Positions 1 to 10,128 of a stretch of DNA of 64,000 nt are shown here, piece by piece. Position 1 is the first letter of the stretch, and each line of letters begins with the position of its first letter. The position numbers were made by a program, and so were the translations under genes. The notes beneath the pieces are model-generated. The model saw nothing but the letters and a program-made list of their open reading frames with translations, was not told the DNA's origin and ran no database searches. Source of the stretch: Bdellovibrionota bacterium (GTDB taxonomy: Bacteria; Bdellovibrionota_G; JALEGL01; DATDPG01). The stretch spans positions 1,984,001-2,048,000 of the forward strand of contig OY764265.1 in assembly GCA_963668355.1 (NCBI GenBank), given 5' to 3'.

Positions 1-488
1 GGAAAGTCTTCTCGGGCTTTGAAACCGAACCAAGCCAAATCGAACAACGCTTTCAGGTCTTGATAATCGTTATGGGACAACTCTTCCCAGGCCTCTGCGG
101 GACCTTTCAGCCGAAGTGCCTGATTCCGTTTAATGAGAAGTTCCTCGTATCTTGCGCAGCGACCGATCATTTGTTCGGGGTGTGCGGAAAAGAAGTGTTC
201 CAAGAGAAACATTTTTTCGCGTTCACCGAAGTCTTCTTGGGGAAGCTGAGAAATTTCAGCAAATTGATCCGTCATGCCCTGATTGTAGGCATCCAGTTGG
301 GCCATCATGGAAGGGACCAAATTAAAGGTGACGCGGGCTTCCGGAAATTCGTCCAATACTCGAATCATGTCATAGTAAGAGCGAATGGCGTGGAGGCGGA
401 CCCACGGCATGAAGCAACTGCGTTCGTTTCTCAACCGGTAAATGGGTTGATGCATATGCCAAAGAAAGGCGAGATGTATGTCTGTCAT
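1..488 (-). CDS. Glycoside hydrolase family 57 protein (amylopullulanase-like), truncated at the window edge
   Basis: Not in the ORF track; translated by hand from ATG 488: MTDIHLAFLWHMHQPIY...MPWVRLHAIRSYYDM...VTFNLVPSMMAQL. This carries the GH57 HxHQP N-terminal motif. ATGA overlap with the glgC stop. Confidence 0.88.
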   Translation of the reverse strand, partial: MTDIHLAFLWHMHQPIYRLRNERSCFMPWVRLHAIRSYYDMIRVLDEFPEARVTFNLVPSMMAQLDAYNQGMTDQFAEISQLPQEDFGEREKMFLLEHFFSAHPEQMIGRCARYEELLIKRNQALRLKGPAEAWEELSHNDYQDLKALFDLAWFGFKAREDF

Positions 489-1735
489 TGTTTTTTGAAT
501 TCAAAGTGGCGAGGAACCACTCGAATTCCTCCTTCGGATATCGAAATGCCATGGCTTCGATCTTCTTCGTCGTCATATCCAATCCGAGTGTCGGGTGGAA
601 CGACGACGCCCTTGTCTATGATGGTTTTTTTGATTTTACATCGTCGACCGACGTCCACTTTTTCAAACAGAACCGATTCTTCCACTTGAGCGTAAGAGTT
701 AATGCGAACTCGTGGGCCTAAGACCGTACGGTCAATTTTTCCGCCGGAGACAATCGTTCCATCGCATACGAGGGAGTCTGTCGAAACACCCAGTCGGCCT
801 GTGTCCTCATCCGCAAAAACAAATTTCGCGGGAGGTAAATCTCTTCGCGCGGTGAGGATGGGCCAATGAGAGTTATATAGATTGAAGTCGGGAGACACAC
901 TCACCAAATCCATGGAGGATTGCCAATACGCATCAATTGTGCCCACGTCTCTCCAGTAGCCACGCTCATGTTCTTCAACTCCCGCGATCTTATTGTTCAT
1001 GAAATTGTAGGCGTGGATATGCAGTTTATCGAACCATCTTGGAATGATGTCCCCACCAATGTCATGTTTGCTTGTGCTGTCGGAATGGTCAGACTCCAAA
1101 ATTTCACGAAGGACTTCAAAGTTAAAAATGTAGTTTCCCATCGACGCCAAAATTTTGGTTGGATCTTGATCAAAAACCAAAGGCGTTTTCGGTTTCTCCA
1201 GAAACTTGGTGACACGCATCTGGTCGTTGACACCAATGCACCCAAAGCGATGTGCCTCTTCTTTGGGTTGGGGAATGACCGCCACGCTGATGTCGGCTTG
1301 GCTGTCGAGATGTTCCGCGAGCATCTGGCGAATATCCATGCGGTATATGTGATCGGCTCCCAATACGACTACCTGTTTGGGCCTTCCATGAACAATTTGT
1401 GCCAGGTTTTGGTACATGGCATCAGCCGATCCCAAATACCAGCCTTTTCCTTCACCGGAAGCCGCGGGGATGATTTCACAGAACTGCCCCAGATGAGAAG
1501 AGAAGTTCCACCCCCTGGAGAGGTGTTGGATGAGCGAATAAGATTGATATTGAGTGAGTACGTGGATCTTTAAGAGATTGGAGTGAACCAAGTTGGTCAA
1601 TACGAAATCAATGATTCGGTATTTTCCACCAAAAGGAATGGCAGGTTTTGCTCGGACAGTACTTAGTGGGCGAAGCCTTTTGCCTTCGCCTCCCGCCAAC
1701 ACCACAGACATTACACGTTGCATCGCCGGAAACAT
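485..1735 (-). CDS. glgC: Glucose-1-phosphate adenylyltransferase (ADP-glucose pyrophosphorylase)
   Basis: VLAGGEGKRLRPLS..RAKPAIPFGGKYRIIDF, WYLGSADA, GADHIYRMD, FLEKP, YWRDVGT and a C-terminal beta-helix. Start placed at ATG 1735 behind GGGAGG (the track extends to 1807). Confidence 0.95.
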   Translation of the reverse strand: MFPAMQRVMSVVLAGGEGKRLRPLSTVRAKPAIPFGGKYRIIDFVLTNLVHSNLLKIHVLTQYQSYSLIQHLSRGWNFSSHLGQFCEIIPAASGEGKGWYLGSADAMYQNLAQIVHGRPKQVVVLGADHIYRMDIRQMLAEHLDSQADISVAVIPQPKEEAHRFGCIGVNDQMRVTKFLEKPKTPLVFDQDPTKILASMGNYIFNFEVLREILESDHSDSTSKHDIGGDIIPRWFDKLHIHAYNFMNNKIAGVEEHERGYWRDVGTIDAYWQSSMDLVSVSPDFNLYNSHWPILTARRDLPPAKFVFADEDTGRLGVSTDSLVCDGTIVSGGKIDRTVLGPRVRINSYAQVEESVLFEKVDVGRRCKIKKTIIDKGVVVPPDTRIGYDDEEDRSHGISISEGGIRVVPRHFEFKKQ

Positions 1736-1944
1736 GTTTTCCTCCCGAAAAATGGGGACGTTGTTTTCGTTTTTAAAACATGTACTTATTCCGTGTCCCC
1801 GATCCAACCCACAAAAGAATGTACATGCCGCCCAGTTCTCTGTGTTTACGGTAGGTTCCTCTCCCAGTCAATGGCCTAGACGAGGGTTTATGTTAAGAAA
1901 CGGAAAACTTTTCAAGGCGTTGGAAGCGGTTAAGCTACAAGAGC

Positions 1945-3006
1945 ATGGAACGCAATAAATGGCCGATGACGTTGAGACCTCTTACGGATTTGGAAGGAAT
2001 CCTGGAGAGATTTGAAGGCGTTGGCAGAGTTCAGGTCTTGAGTGAGGTGACGCGTCGCCGCAAAACATTCCCCATTTACTCCGTCATATTGGGGTCTCAA
2101 GATCCGGATGTTCCGGTTTTCGGTATTTTTGGCGGCATTCATGGGTTAGAGCGAATTGGATCCGATGTCGTCAATTCATACCTCAACACCATTTTGGCCT
2201 TGGCCGAGTGGGATGGAATGATGAAGGCTCTTTTGAGACGGATTCGAATTGTTTTCGTTCCTTTGGTGAACCCCGTGGGGATGTATTTGGCACGCCGAGG
2301 AAATGGAAACGGGGTTGACTTGATGCGCAATGCTCCGGTGGAAGCGGATAAAGATGTAAAAGCGTTTCTTTTGGGAGGCCACCGCATTTCTCGAAAGTTG
2401 CCCTGGTTCCGTGGACGCGTGGTGGACCCCATGGAGCAAGAAAGCCAAGCCATATGTGACTTGGTTCGAAAAGAAGTGTTTTCCTCCAAGCTGGCCATTA
2501 CGCTGGATGTTCACTCCGGTTTTGGATTTCATGACCAACTTTGGTTTCCATATGCGAAAACGCGAAAACCCTTTCCTCGAATCGCGGAAGTGTTTGGTTT
2601 GAAAAAACTATTGGATGGGACCTATCCTTTTCACTTCTATCACGTCGAACCGCAAATCAAGCATTATGGGACCAGTGGAGATCTGTGGGACTATCTTTTT
2701 GACGAACATCAGAAGTTGAGACAACCGGGACTCTATCTTCCCTTATGTCTTGAACTGGGTTCTTGGAGATGGGTTCGCAAGAATCCTTTTCAGTTATTTT
2801 CGGTGCATGGGGCGTTCAATCCCATCAAGGCGCATCGAAGGATTCGGATTTTAAGACGACATTTGTATTTGTTTGATTTTTTAATGCGCGCTTTGTTTTC
2901 GGCAGAAAGATGGGCCACGCTGTCTCAGGAAGAACGGCAGCAGAATTATCAAGATGCGATGAAACTTTGGTTCTCGGAGGAGGGCTCCGCCAGTGAATCA
3001 TCGTGA
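1945..3006 (+). CDS. M14 family zinc carboxypeptidase-like protein
   Basis: GGIHGLE (HxxE), PLVNPVG, NGVDLMRN and LDVHSG motifs. Confidence 0.85.
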   Translation: MERNKWPMTLRPLTDLEGILERFEGVGRVQVLSEVTRRRKTFPIYSVILGSQDPDVPVFGIFGGIHGLERIGSDVVNSYLNTILALAEWDGMMKALLRRIRIVFVPLVNPVGMYLARRGNGNGVDLMRNAPVEADKDVKAFLLGGHRISRKLPWFRGRVVDPMEQESQAICDLVRKEVFSSKLAITLDVHSGFGFHDQLWFPYAKTRKPFPRIAEVFGLKKLLDGTYPFHFYHVEPQIKHYGTSGDLWDYLFDEHQKLRQPGLYLPLCLELGSWRWVRKNPFQLFSVHGAFNPIKAHRRIRILRRHLYLFDFLMRALFSAERWATLSQEERQQNYQDAMKLWFSEEGSASESS

Positions 3007-3757
3007 GTCGTGGGTGTTCTTGCGAGGACTTGCCCGAGAGTCTCGCCATTGGGGAAGGTTCGTCAATGACTTCAAACGAAGGTTTCCCTTGGCGGATGTC
3101 CATTTGTTGGATTTGCCGGGGACCGGGCAGCGGGCTCAGGAGAAATCTCCTTCAACGATTTCTGAAATTACAGATGCTCTCCGTCAAACGTTGGTAAAAA
3201 AACATGCCCCCGCAAACCTACGTCTGCTATCGATCTCGTTGGGCTCCATGGTTGCGTTGGATTGGATCGCCCGATATCCCGAAGATTGTTCCGCGTGTGT
3301 GGTCATCAATACGAGCACAAGACATACGGGGTCTCCATTGGATCGCTTCAATCTGTTTTCCGGGTTGAAATTGGTGGGAGCCTTTCTCGGAAAAGATGTC
3401 CGAAAACGAGAACAGAGCATTTTGTCTGTGGTCTCCAATCGACGGGAAACCCGACGAGAAAACCTAGAAGCCTGGGTGCAATATGCCAAAGAACGCCCCA
3501 TGGATTGGAAAAACATTCTTCGTCAACTTCAGGCAGCAAGTTTGTTTGGCCTTCCTGCGACTCGTCCGGAGACCCCCGTATTGGTTTTGCGAAGTGCAAA
3601 AGATCGATTGGTTCATCCAGCGTGTTCAGAGCGTTTGGCTCAATGGTGGGATTTTTCCATGAAAACCCATCCGACGGCGGGCCATGATTTGTCACTGGAT
3701 GATCCGGAGTGGGTTGCCTCCCAGGTATACGAGTGGACCGTGAATTTAGAGACTTGA
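2993..3757 (+). CDS. Alpha/beta-fold hydrolase
   Basis: LRGLARESRHWG, DLPGTG, nucleophile elbow SISLGSM, DRLV (Asp) and AGHDL (His). Overlaps the upstream gene. Confidence 0.85.
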   Translation: MNHRESWVFLRGLARESRHWGRFVNDFKRRFPLADVHLLDLPGTGQRAQEKSPSTISEITDALRQTLVKKHAPANLRLLSISLGSMVALDWIARYPEDCSACVVINTSTRHTGSPLDRFNLFSGLKLVGAFLGKDVRKREQSILSVVSNRRETRRENLEAWVQYAKERPMDWKNILRQLQAASLFGLPATRPETPVLVLRSAKDRLVHPACSERLAQWWDFSMKTHPTAGHDLSLDDPEWVASQVYEWTVNLET

Positions 3758-3855
3758 AGAAAATTAAGCTGTGAAGAAGAAAAAGTTGAGTTTCAAAACA
3801 CGTTTATGTTCCTTCTGCGCATTCCTCATTTTGGAATGAGGTTTACTCAAGACCT

Positions 3856-3932
3856 AAAGGGTGGCGTTTCCGAAAAGGGTGCCGAGGACTATCGGGCCGC
3901 AGCGCACCCTTTTCGGAAACGACAGGACCCTC
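3856..3932. repeat. Palindromic intergenic element, copy A (18-bp stem, conserved 21-nt loop)
   Basis: CGTTTCCGAAAAGGGTGC (3865-3882) pairs perfectly with GCACCCTTTTCGGAAACG (3904-3921). Loop is CGAGGACTATCGGGCCGCAGC. Flanks AAAGGGTGG and CAGGACCCTC are shared with 15522-15600. Confidence 0.85.
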
Positions 3933-3967
3933 AAGTTTTGAAACTCCAAATTTTCGTTTTTTTAATT

Positions 3968-5740
3968 TTAGGGATTAATGGAATTTTTATGAAAATTTAG
4001 AAATGTTTCGTAGCCTTCGTTGCCCATAAATCTTTTTATGGTTTTTTGTGAGCCGGTGATGAGATCCACGAGGATGAGGCCGTCCAGGGCGTTGTTGAAT
4101 TCGGGATCCACATTGAATCCCAAATGAATGGCACCTAAATTTAAATAATGTTTTAGAAGAATGGGAACGCCCTTGAACACAGGCTCGACCTCAGCCAAAA
4201 TCGAGGAAAGGTCGTCAATGCCATTCATCCATTTGAGGGGATCTTGTCCGTCTTGGGTCACCGAAGGTTCGAACGTTGGCGGTTGTAGGGGATGCACGAA
4301 TTTCGCCAGGTCGTCCTTCCAATTGTGTTTTCTCAACCATCGGATCATGCAATTTCGTGAAAATTCAGAATATCCCGAACTCATGCTCACGGGACCGAAC
4401 AAGTATCGGTATCGCGGTTGGCGGGAGATGAAGGCTCCAATGCCTTTCCAGAGAAGGGAAAGAGACCAAAAGTGTCGCTGAAAATCGGCTGTGACAAACG
4501 AGCGTCCCATTTCTAAGCCGGGGGTGATGTGTTGGAGAAGCTGCGGGTCATATTGAAAAAGGGTATGTGTATACAAGCCTTCAATGCTTTGGTTTTTTAA
4601 AATGTCATCCGTTGGGCCCAGCCGATAGGCCCCAACCATTTTCTTTTCTTCTTCGTGCCAAACGAACAAGTGGAAATAAGTGTCGTCAAAGGTGTCGATG
4701 TCGATGGACTTTCCTGTGCCTTCATTGGCTCCTCGAAACGTGATTTCTCTCAGGCGTCCAATTTCATGTATGAGATCGGAAGATTGGTCTTTCCGGAAAA
4801 AGTAAATGGAACATCCATGACCCTTACCAAGATGTTGTTCTGGAGGAAGGGATTGAATGGCCTTCTCAATTTGATCCCTTGGAAGGGGTTCCACGATTTT
4901 TTCAAGCTTGGATGTAAGCTCAGAAGAGTTTTGTGGCGAACGGATTTTTTTCTTGAGGAGGTATGTCCGAAATCGAAAAAACTTCGCGAGATTCTTGTCG
5001 CTCTGATTTAAATCGAGTTTCGAGTAGGGAATCGGCGTGCCGACCTTAACGGTAAGGGTTTGATGACGTCTCTTCCATAGCTCCCTTCCCAACATGACCG
5101 TTCGCAGACGGGGATGAATCAGCCCTGCCAATTGAAAGAGCGAGCCATTGCTTCCCTCGAAACACATGGGAACCACGGTGGCTTTGGAGGCTCGGACCAA
5201 TTTTGCTGTGGAGTCATTCCACGTGGGGTCGATGATGTTCCAATGCTTCCAGTTCCGATGGGAGACTTCTCCGGAAGGAAACATGGCCAAAGCCTTTCCT
5301 TCTTTTAAGCAACGGAGAGATTCCATCATAGGACGAATATTGGCTTTGCGGGCCCTTTGAGTCTCAAAGGGATCCACAAAAATGAAGAAATCTTGGAGTT
5401 CTTGGATTTGACTCAAGATTCCATTGGCGATCACGCGAACATCGGGTCGAATGGGTTTTAAGAGGGCTCCGTAGATCAATCCTTCAATGGCTCCGAAGGG
5501 ATGGTTGGCGACGATGACGACCGGTCCTTTTTTAGGAATCTGAGCCAGTTCAGCCTCATCGATGTTGAGAGTGACGCCAAACCTCTCCAAAGCGACTTGG
5601 CAAAAATCTCCCGGATCTTTGGGCCAATCTTGGTCTTTGTAGAATCGAACGAGGCGATCAAATCCGAAGACCTTGGAGGCGGCAGATTGAATAAAAGAAG
5701 GTGGGGGAGCGACAAACTTCTCGTTCTGGGGCTTCGACAT
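3968..5740 (-). CDS. Fused PlsC-type acyltransferase and GNAT N-acyltransferase (OlsF-like, aminolipid synthesis)
   Basis: N-terminal ANHPFGAIEG and FPSGEVS; C-terminal EIGRLREITFR..EGTG..D.D.FD, GAYRLG, LEMGRSFV, YLFGPVS, GVPILLKHY. Start at ATG 5740 (track 5782). Confidence 0.8.
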   Translation of the reverse strand: MSKPQNEKFVAPPPSFIQSAASKVFGFDRLVRFYKDQDWPKDPGDFCQVALERFGVTLNIDEAELAQIPKKGPVVIVANHPFGAIEGLIYGALLKPIRPDVRVIANGILSQIQELQDFFIFVDPFETQRARKANIRPMMESLRCLKEGKALAMFPSGEVSHRNWKHWNIIDPTWNDSTAKLVRASKATVVPMCFEGSNGSLFQLAGLIHPRLRTVMLGRELWKRRHQTLTVKVGTPIPYSKLDLNQSDKNLAKFFRFRTYLLKKKIRSPQNSSELTSKLEKIVEPLPRDQIEKAIQSLPPEQHLGKGHGCSIYFFRKDQSSDLIHEIGRLREITFRGANEGTGKSIDIDTFDDTYFHLFVWHEEEKKMVGAYRLGPTDDILKNQSIEGLYTHTLFQYDPQLLQHITPGLEMGRSFVTADFQRHFWSLSLLWKGIGAFISRQPRYRYLFGPVSMSSGYSEFSRNCMIRWLRKHNWKDDLAKFVHPLQPPTFEPSVTQDGQDPLKWMNGIDDLSSILAEVEPVFKGVPILLKHYLNLGAIHLGFNVDPEFNNALDGLILVDLITGSQKTIKRFMGNEGYETFLNFHKNSINP

Positions 5741-5859
5741 CTTCAACGGAGCGAATCTAATGAGGATTGGAAAGAAAATCAAAGTTTCGACGCATTAAAA
5801 AGGCGGAAGATTGTGACTTTTGCCATTTCAAGAGATGATTTGAGGGAAAGAGGTCCCGC

Positions 5860-6819
5860 ATGTCCCAACGGAGAAAAAAGAAAACGAAAGCAAGCTACCA
5901 TGTTCCAGCCAAAGAGCGAAAAGAGCCTTTACCGGAATCTCGATTTCGAGTTCCCTTGGGGGATGAAGAAGCGGCCGCCCGCATTGAAAACCATCTAAAA
6001 AGTCCCTCCTATGTGAGAGCCGATAAAGATCTGGATTTTTTGCAGAGAGATGAGCTTCGATCTGGCCGACTCACGTTGGAGTTTTTGAAACCGGACATTC
6101 TTCTCTCTGAAGCCAAGGTAAAGTCGACCGTTGTTGTGTTTGGGGGAACGCGTATTGTCGAGGCTTCCCAAGCTCGACTTCAGATTGAGGAGTTGAAACG
6201 TGAGATTCGTAAGAAGCCTTCCAGTCGATCTTTGCAGGATCGCTTGCGGGTGGCCAAGAATGTTTTGCGAAAATCGAAGTTTTATGACGAGGCCAGAGAA
6301 TTTGGAAAGTTGGTGAGTCAAAAGTGCCAATTGTCCAATTCGTGTGAATTTGTTGTGATCACCGGAGGAGGGCCTGGAATCATGGAGGCGGCCAACCGGG
6401 GGGCCTTTGATATGGGCGCAAAATCAGTTGGTTTGAACATCACGCTTCCTTTTGAACAATACCCCAATCCTTATATTTCTCCGGGTCTCTGCTTTCAGTT
6501 TCGTTATTTTGCCCTACGAAAAATGCATTTCCTGAAAAGAGCTAAGGCCATGGTGGCGTTTCCGGGAGGGTTTGGAACATTTGACGAATTGTTTGAGACG
6601 CTCACGCTCATTCAGACGCGTACCATCGAACCCATTCCTGTCGTTTTGGTGGGCAAACGATTCTGGAAAAATGCATTCAACGCAGATTTTTTAGCGGAAG
6701 AGGGTGTCATCGATGAAGAAGACTTGGACCTTTTCCGTTATGCCGAAACGGCCAGCGAGGCTTGGAACCATATTGTTCGCTGGTATCGCGTCCACGGCAA
6801 TGAACTTGAGCCGGAATAG
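5860..6819 (+). CDS. LOG family (TIGR00730-like) nucleotide phosphoribohydrolase
   Basis: ITGGGPGIMEAANRGA, FRYFALRKMHF and FPGGFGTFDE motifs. Confidence 0.9.
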   Translation: MSQRRKKKTKASYHVPAKERKEPLPESRFRVPLGDEEAAARIENHLKSPSYVRADKDLDFLQRDELRSGRLTLEFLKPDILLSEAKVKSTVVVFGGTRIVEASQARLQIEELKREIRKKPSSRSLQDRLRVAKNVLRKSKFYDEAREFGKLVSQKCQLSNSCEFVVITGGGPGIMEAANRGAFDMGAKSVGLNITLPFEQYPNPYISPGLCFQFRYFALRKMHFLKRAKAMVAFPGGFGTFDELFETLTLIQTRTIEPIPVVLVGKRFWKNAFNADFLAEEGVIDEEDLDLFRYAETASEAWNHIVRWYRVHGNELEPE

Positions 6820-6836
6820 ATTCTGAAAAAACCTCT

Positions 6837-8348
6837 TTATTTTGCTGGATGGCGTTTAACGTACTTGTCGTAGATCTGTAACCCGATGGCCGTGATGATC
6901 GCCAACACGCCAAAGAAAATCCACATGAGATTGGGATTGTTCACGCCCTTGGGTCCAAAATACCCATAGGCAACTCCCGAGAGCAATCCACCGAATAGAT
7001 TCCCCAGCGCCGAGCACCAATAGAAGTATCCCATATACAAAGCCACTTTGTCCGGAGGCGCAATATTGCCCACATACTCTTTGGCCTTGGGGCTGGCCAT
7101 CATTTCACCGAACGAGAAAACCAGAACCGCACCGCAAATGATCCAGCCGGTGGGGCCCATGAGGTAGGTGAAGAAGGAAAGGGCCGTGATGCCGATTCCG
7201 ATGATGATGGTCATCAGGGGTTTGATGTTTCGGGCGATGTACGAAACGAACACTTGGAAGAAGACGATTCCCAGAGAATTGATCAAGATGATGTACTCCG
7301 GTTTGATTTGCCCGTTTTTCAGGAACCCTTGAGAGTGAACCATATTCGAAATCCAGGAAGATATACTGCTTAAGGATGCAATCACATCCGAAGTGTTTCC
7401 ATAGTCTCGAATGTACTCCGGCAGCGTAATGAAAACCTGGTTGAAGGAGGTCCAGAAACCAGACATTAAGAGTAGGAAAATCAGAAAGCGCGTTTCTCCC
7501 ACCTGCATAGGCTTGGCCAGCCAATGTACGTCTTTGTCCTTATTGCCTTTAAAGATGCCGTCCCAGATAAAATTCAGAACCAGCCAAGCACCGGAATAGA
7601 TCGCTACATCCTTAAAGGCGATCCACTTTGAGCCCATGACCAATAAAAGCATCAGCCCCGCAATCAGAAGGAAGAATCGACCGTTGCCGATGACAACAAT
7701 CATGCCATCCATAACATCTTTAAAGGACCGTTTGCTTTCCGCTTCGGCATCTCGCTCCGGTTCTTTGTAAAAAATGGCGCATAGGACAAAGTTCAAAGCG
7801 ATCCATGCTGAGGAACAATAGAAGACATAAGACCAACTCCAACCTCGAACCACTCCGGCCACGATGGGGCCCAGAAGTCCACCGATATTAACCATCATGT
7901 AAAAGATGCCGTAGCCCATGCTTCCAGTTTTTTGAGTCGTGGTCTTGGCGACTGTGCCCAATACCACCGGCTTAAACATGCCGTGTCCGATGGCCACAAA
8001 CATAAAGACCGTGAGAAATCCCCAGAAGCTCGTGGGCAAACTTAAGAGCAGATAGGAAGGAGAGATCACTAAAAAAGAGGCCAAGAACATTTTCTTGAAC
8101 CCGTACCGATCAGCCAGTGCGCCAAAAAGTGACCCGAGTAAATAGAGGAAGAAGGTGACGATTCCTTGAATGACTCCGCGATCTTCCGACGAAAATCCCA
8201 GGGCCCCTTCGGAGACAGGTCCCGTCAAATACAAGCTGGAAACGGCATAGAAACCATACCATCCCATGCGTTCGAAGATCTCCATCGTATTGGCGATCCA
8301 AAACGAACGCGGAAAAGCCCGCCAGAGAGATACTTTTTCTTCAGTCAT
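6837..8348 (-). CDS. MFS transporter, POT/PTR2-like peptide transporter
   Basis: EIFERMGWYG (ExxER), GALADRYGFKK, FKP, GIFYMMVNIG, GEMMASP; about 12-14 TM segments. Confidence 0.85.
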   Translation of the reverse strand: MTEEKVSLWRAFPRSFWIANTMEIFERMGWYGFYAVSSLYLTGPVSEGALGFSSEDRGVIQGIVTFFLYLLGSLFGALADRYGFKKMFLASFLVISPSYLLLSLPTSFWGFLTVFMFVAIGHGMFKPVVLGTVAKTTTQKTGSMGYGIFYMMVNIGGLLGPIVAGVVRGWSWSYVFYCSSAWIALNFVLCAIFYKEPERDAEAESKRSFKDVMDGMIVVIGNGRFFLLIAGLMLLLVMGSKWIAFKDVAIYSGAWLVLNFIWDGIFKGNKDKDVHWLAKPMQVGETRFLIFLLLMSGFWTSFNQVFITLPEYIRDYGNTSDVIASLSSISSWISNMVHSQGFLKNGQIKPEYIILINSLGIVFFQVFVSYIARNIKPLMTIIIGIGITALSFFTYLMGPTGWIICGAVLVFSFGEMMASPKAKEYVGNIAPPDKVALYMGYFYWCSALGNLFGGLLSGVAYGYFGPKGVNNPNLMWIFFGVLAIITAIGLQIYDKYVKRHPAK

Positions 8349-8378
8349 TGTTCTTCCTTACTATCTTTTTTGCATAGC

Positions 8379-9899
8379 CTATTCAGAGGCGCTTTCGGAT
8401 TGAATGGGATGTTTCGTGATCCAACGATCATAGAGCCAAAGGGCTATGGCCGAGCCGAATAAGATTGCAGCGATAATGTGGAACATCGTGTTCGGGCTGT
8501 TCAGACCTTTGGGGCCATAATGGCCATAAAGAACACCGGAAAGAAGTCCGCCAAACAGGTTCCCGAGTGCAACACACCAGAAGAAATACCCCATGTACAT
8601 GCCGACTTTGTCGGGAGGGGCGATTCGTCCGACATATTCCTGAGACTTGGGACTGGCCATCATTTCACCAAAGGAAAACGTGAGAATACCGGCCACAACG
8701 ACCCAACCGGCAACGCTGATCGGGAAGATGCAAAAAGCGATTGAGGTGATGACGGTTCCAGAAACAATCGTCGTGAAGGGCTTTAAGTTTCGGCAAAGGT
8801 AAGAAACCAGGATTTGGCAAACAATGATGCCAAATGCGTTGAGGTTAATAAGATACTCGGGTTTGATTTCTCCGCCTTTCAACAACCACGTGCCCCACGC
8901 ATCTACGTTCAAGCCGATGGCAGACATCGAGGCAAGAAGATCCGAGGTTTGAGCGTAGTCTCGAATGTATTCTGGAAGCGTCATGAAAATTTGGTTGAAC
9001 CCTGTCCAGAAACCACTCATGAGAAGAAGGAAAATGAGGTAGCGGGTTTCTCCCACTCTCATGGGCTGAAACAGCCAGAAACTTTCCGGACCTTTTCCCA
9101 TGGATCGAAAAATTGCATCGAAGACAAAGTTGAGCACCAGCCAAGCTCCCGCAGCCATAAATACTTGACTGGCCGAGAGATAACCTGAGCCCAAAACAAG
9201 GGAGATCATGAGTCCAGCAATCAAAATGAAAAAGCGGGCATTTCCAACAACGAGGACCATCTCATTGAGCACCTGTTTGACCGTTTTTGAGGTTTGACCT
9301 TCTTCGTGTTGGGGTTCTTTGTAGAAGAGAGCACAGATAATGATGTTTAGGGAAATCCAAGCTGCGGAAGCATAAAAGACCTTGTCCCAACCCCAGCTTC
9401 GTACAACGCCTGCAGCCATGGGACCAATGAAGCCGCCAATGTTCACCATCATGTAGAAAATACCAAAACCCAATGTTCCCGTTTTTTCGTCGGTGGTTTT
9501 TGCGACGGAACCGACAATGACGGGTTTAAACATTCCATGTCCTACGGCGACGGCCATATAGACCAAGAAAAATCCCCAGAAAGTATTGGGAATGGCCAAG
9601 AGTAGGTAAGCGGGTGCGATGAGAATATAGGAAAAAATCAGCGTCTTCTTAAAACCGAATTTATCGGCCATGGCGCCGAAGAAGGAGGGAATCAGGTAAA
9701 GGAAAAAGGTCACCAAGCCTTGAATGATTCCACGTTCTTCGGAAGTGAGTCCTAAGCCCCCTTCAGAAGGGTCGCCGGTTAGGTAAAGGGCTGAGACGGC
9801 AAAAAAGCCGTACCAACACATGCGCTCGAAAATCTCCATCGTGTTGGCCACCCAGAAGGTGCTTGGAAAGGTACGGAAAATGGATACTTTTTGACTCAT
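8379..9899 (-). CDS. MFS transporter, POT/PTR2-like peptide transporter (tandem paralog)
   Basis: EIFERMCWYG, GAMADKFGFKK, GIFYMMVNIG, GEMMASP; colinear with 6837..8348. Confidence 0.85.
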   Translation of the reverse strand: MSQKVSIFRTFPSTFWVANTMEIFERMCWYGFFAVSALYLTGDPSEGGLGLTSEERGIIQGLVTFFLYLIPSFFGAMADKFGFKKTLIFSYILIAPAYLLLAIPNTFWGFFLVYMAVAVGHGMFKPVIVGSVAKTTDEKTGTLGFGIFYMMVNIGGFIGPMAAGVVRSWGWDKVFYASAAWISLNIIICALFYKEPQHEEGQTSKTVKQVLNEMVLVVGNARFFILIAGLMISLVLGSGYLSASQVFMAAGAWLVLNFVFDAIFRSMGKGPESFWLFQPMRVGETRYLIFLLLMSGFWTGFNQIFMTLPEYIRDYAQTSDLLASMSAIGLNVDAWGTWLLKGGEIKPEYLINLNAFGIIVCQILVSYLCRNLKPFTTIVSGTVITSIAFCIFPISVAGWVVVAGILTFSFGEMMASPKSQEYVGRIAPPDKVGMYMGYFFWCVALGNLFGGLLSGVLYGHYGPKGLNSPNTMFHIIAAILFGSAIALWLYDRWITKHPIQSESASE

Positions 9900-10128
9900 C
9901 GTCTCCCCACTTTGTTATCGATTCAACATCGGTTCAAACCTACCAATCCCCTTCAACTCATCACCGAGCCCCCCAGGGATGGGGATGCATACAATTTATG
10001 AGCAGGCAAGTCACTAATTTTGTTAAGAAAATTTAAATAGGCGCAAATGCCCTTCTTGTGTGGCTTTTAGGCGTTTCGACAAACCGCAAAAGAGTCGTTA
10101 TGGTGTGCGACCGCTGCTGGAAATTTGA

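Noticed and set aside
60..689. 209-aa plus-strand ORF
   Set aside because: Antisense shadow of the GH57 and glgC genes, which carry clear motifs on the minus strand.
3856..3932. Hairpin element as a simple terminator, CRISPR repeat, SRP RNA or hammerhead/HDV ribozyme
   Set aside because: It has a 21-nt loop and no adjacent U-tract, and only two copies 11.7 kb apart with no spacers or cas genes. It lacks the SRP GNRA tetraloop and the CUGANGA core, and I could not build an HDV pseudoknot.
9900..10128. Possible riboswitch upstream of the MFS pair
   Set aside because: Only a short GC-rich patch (CCCCCAGGGATGGGG); no recognisable aptamer consensus.
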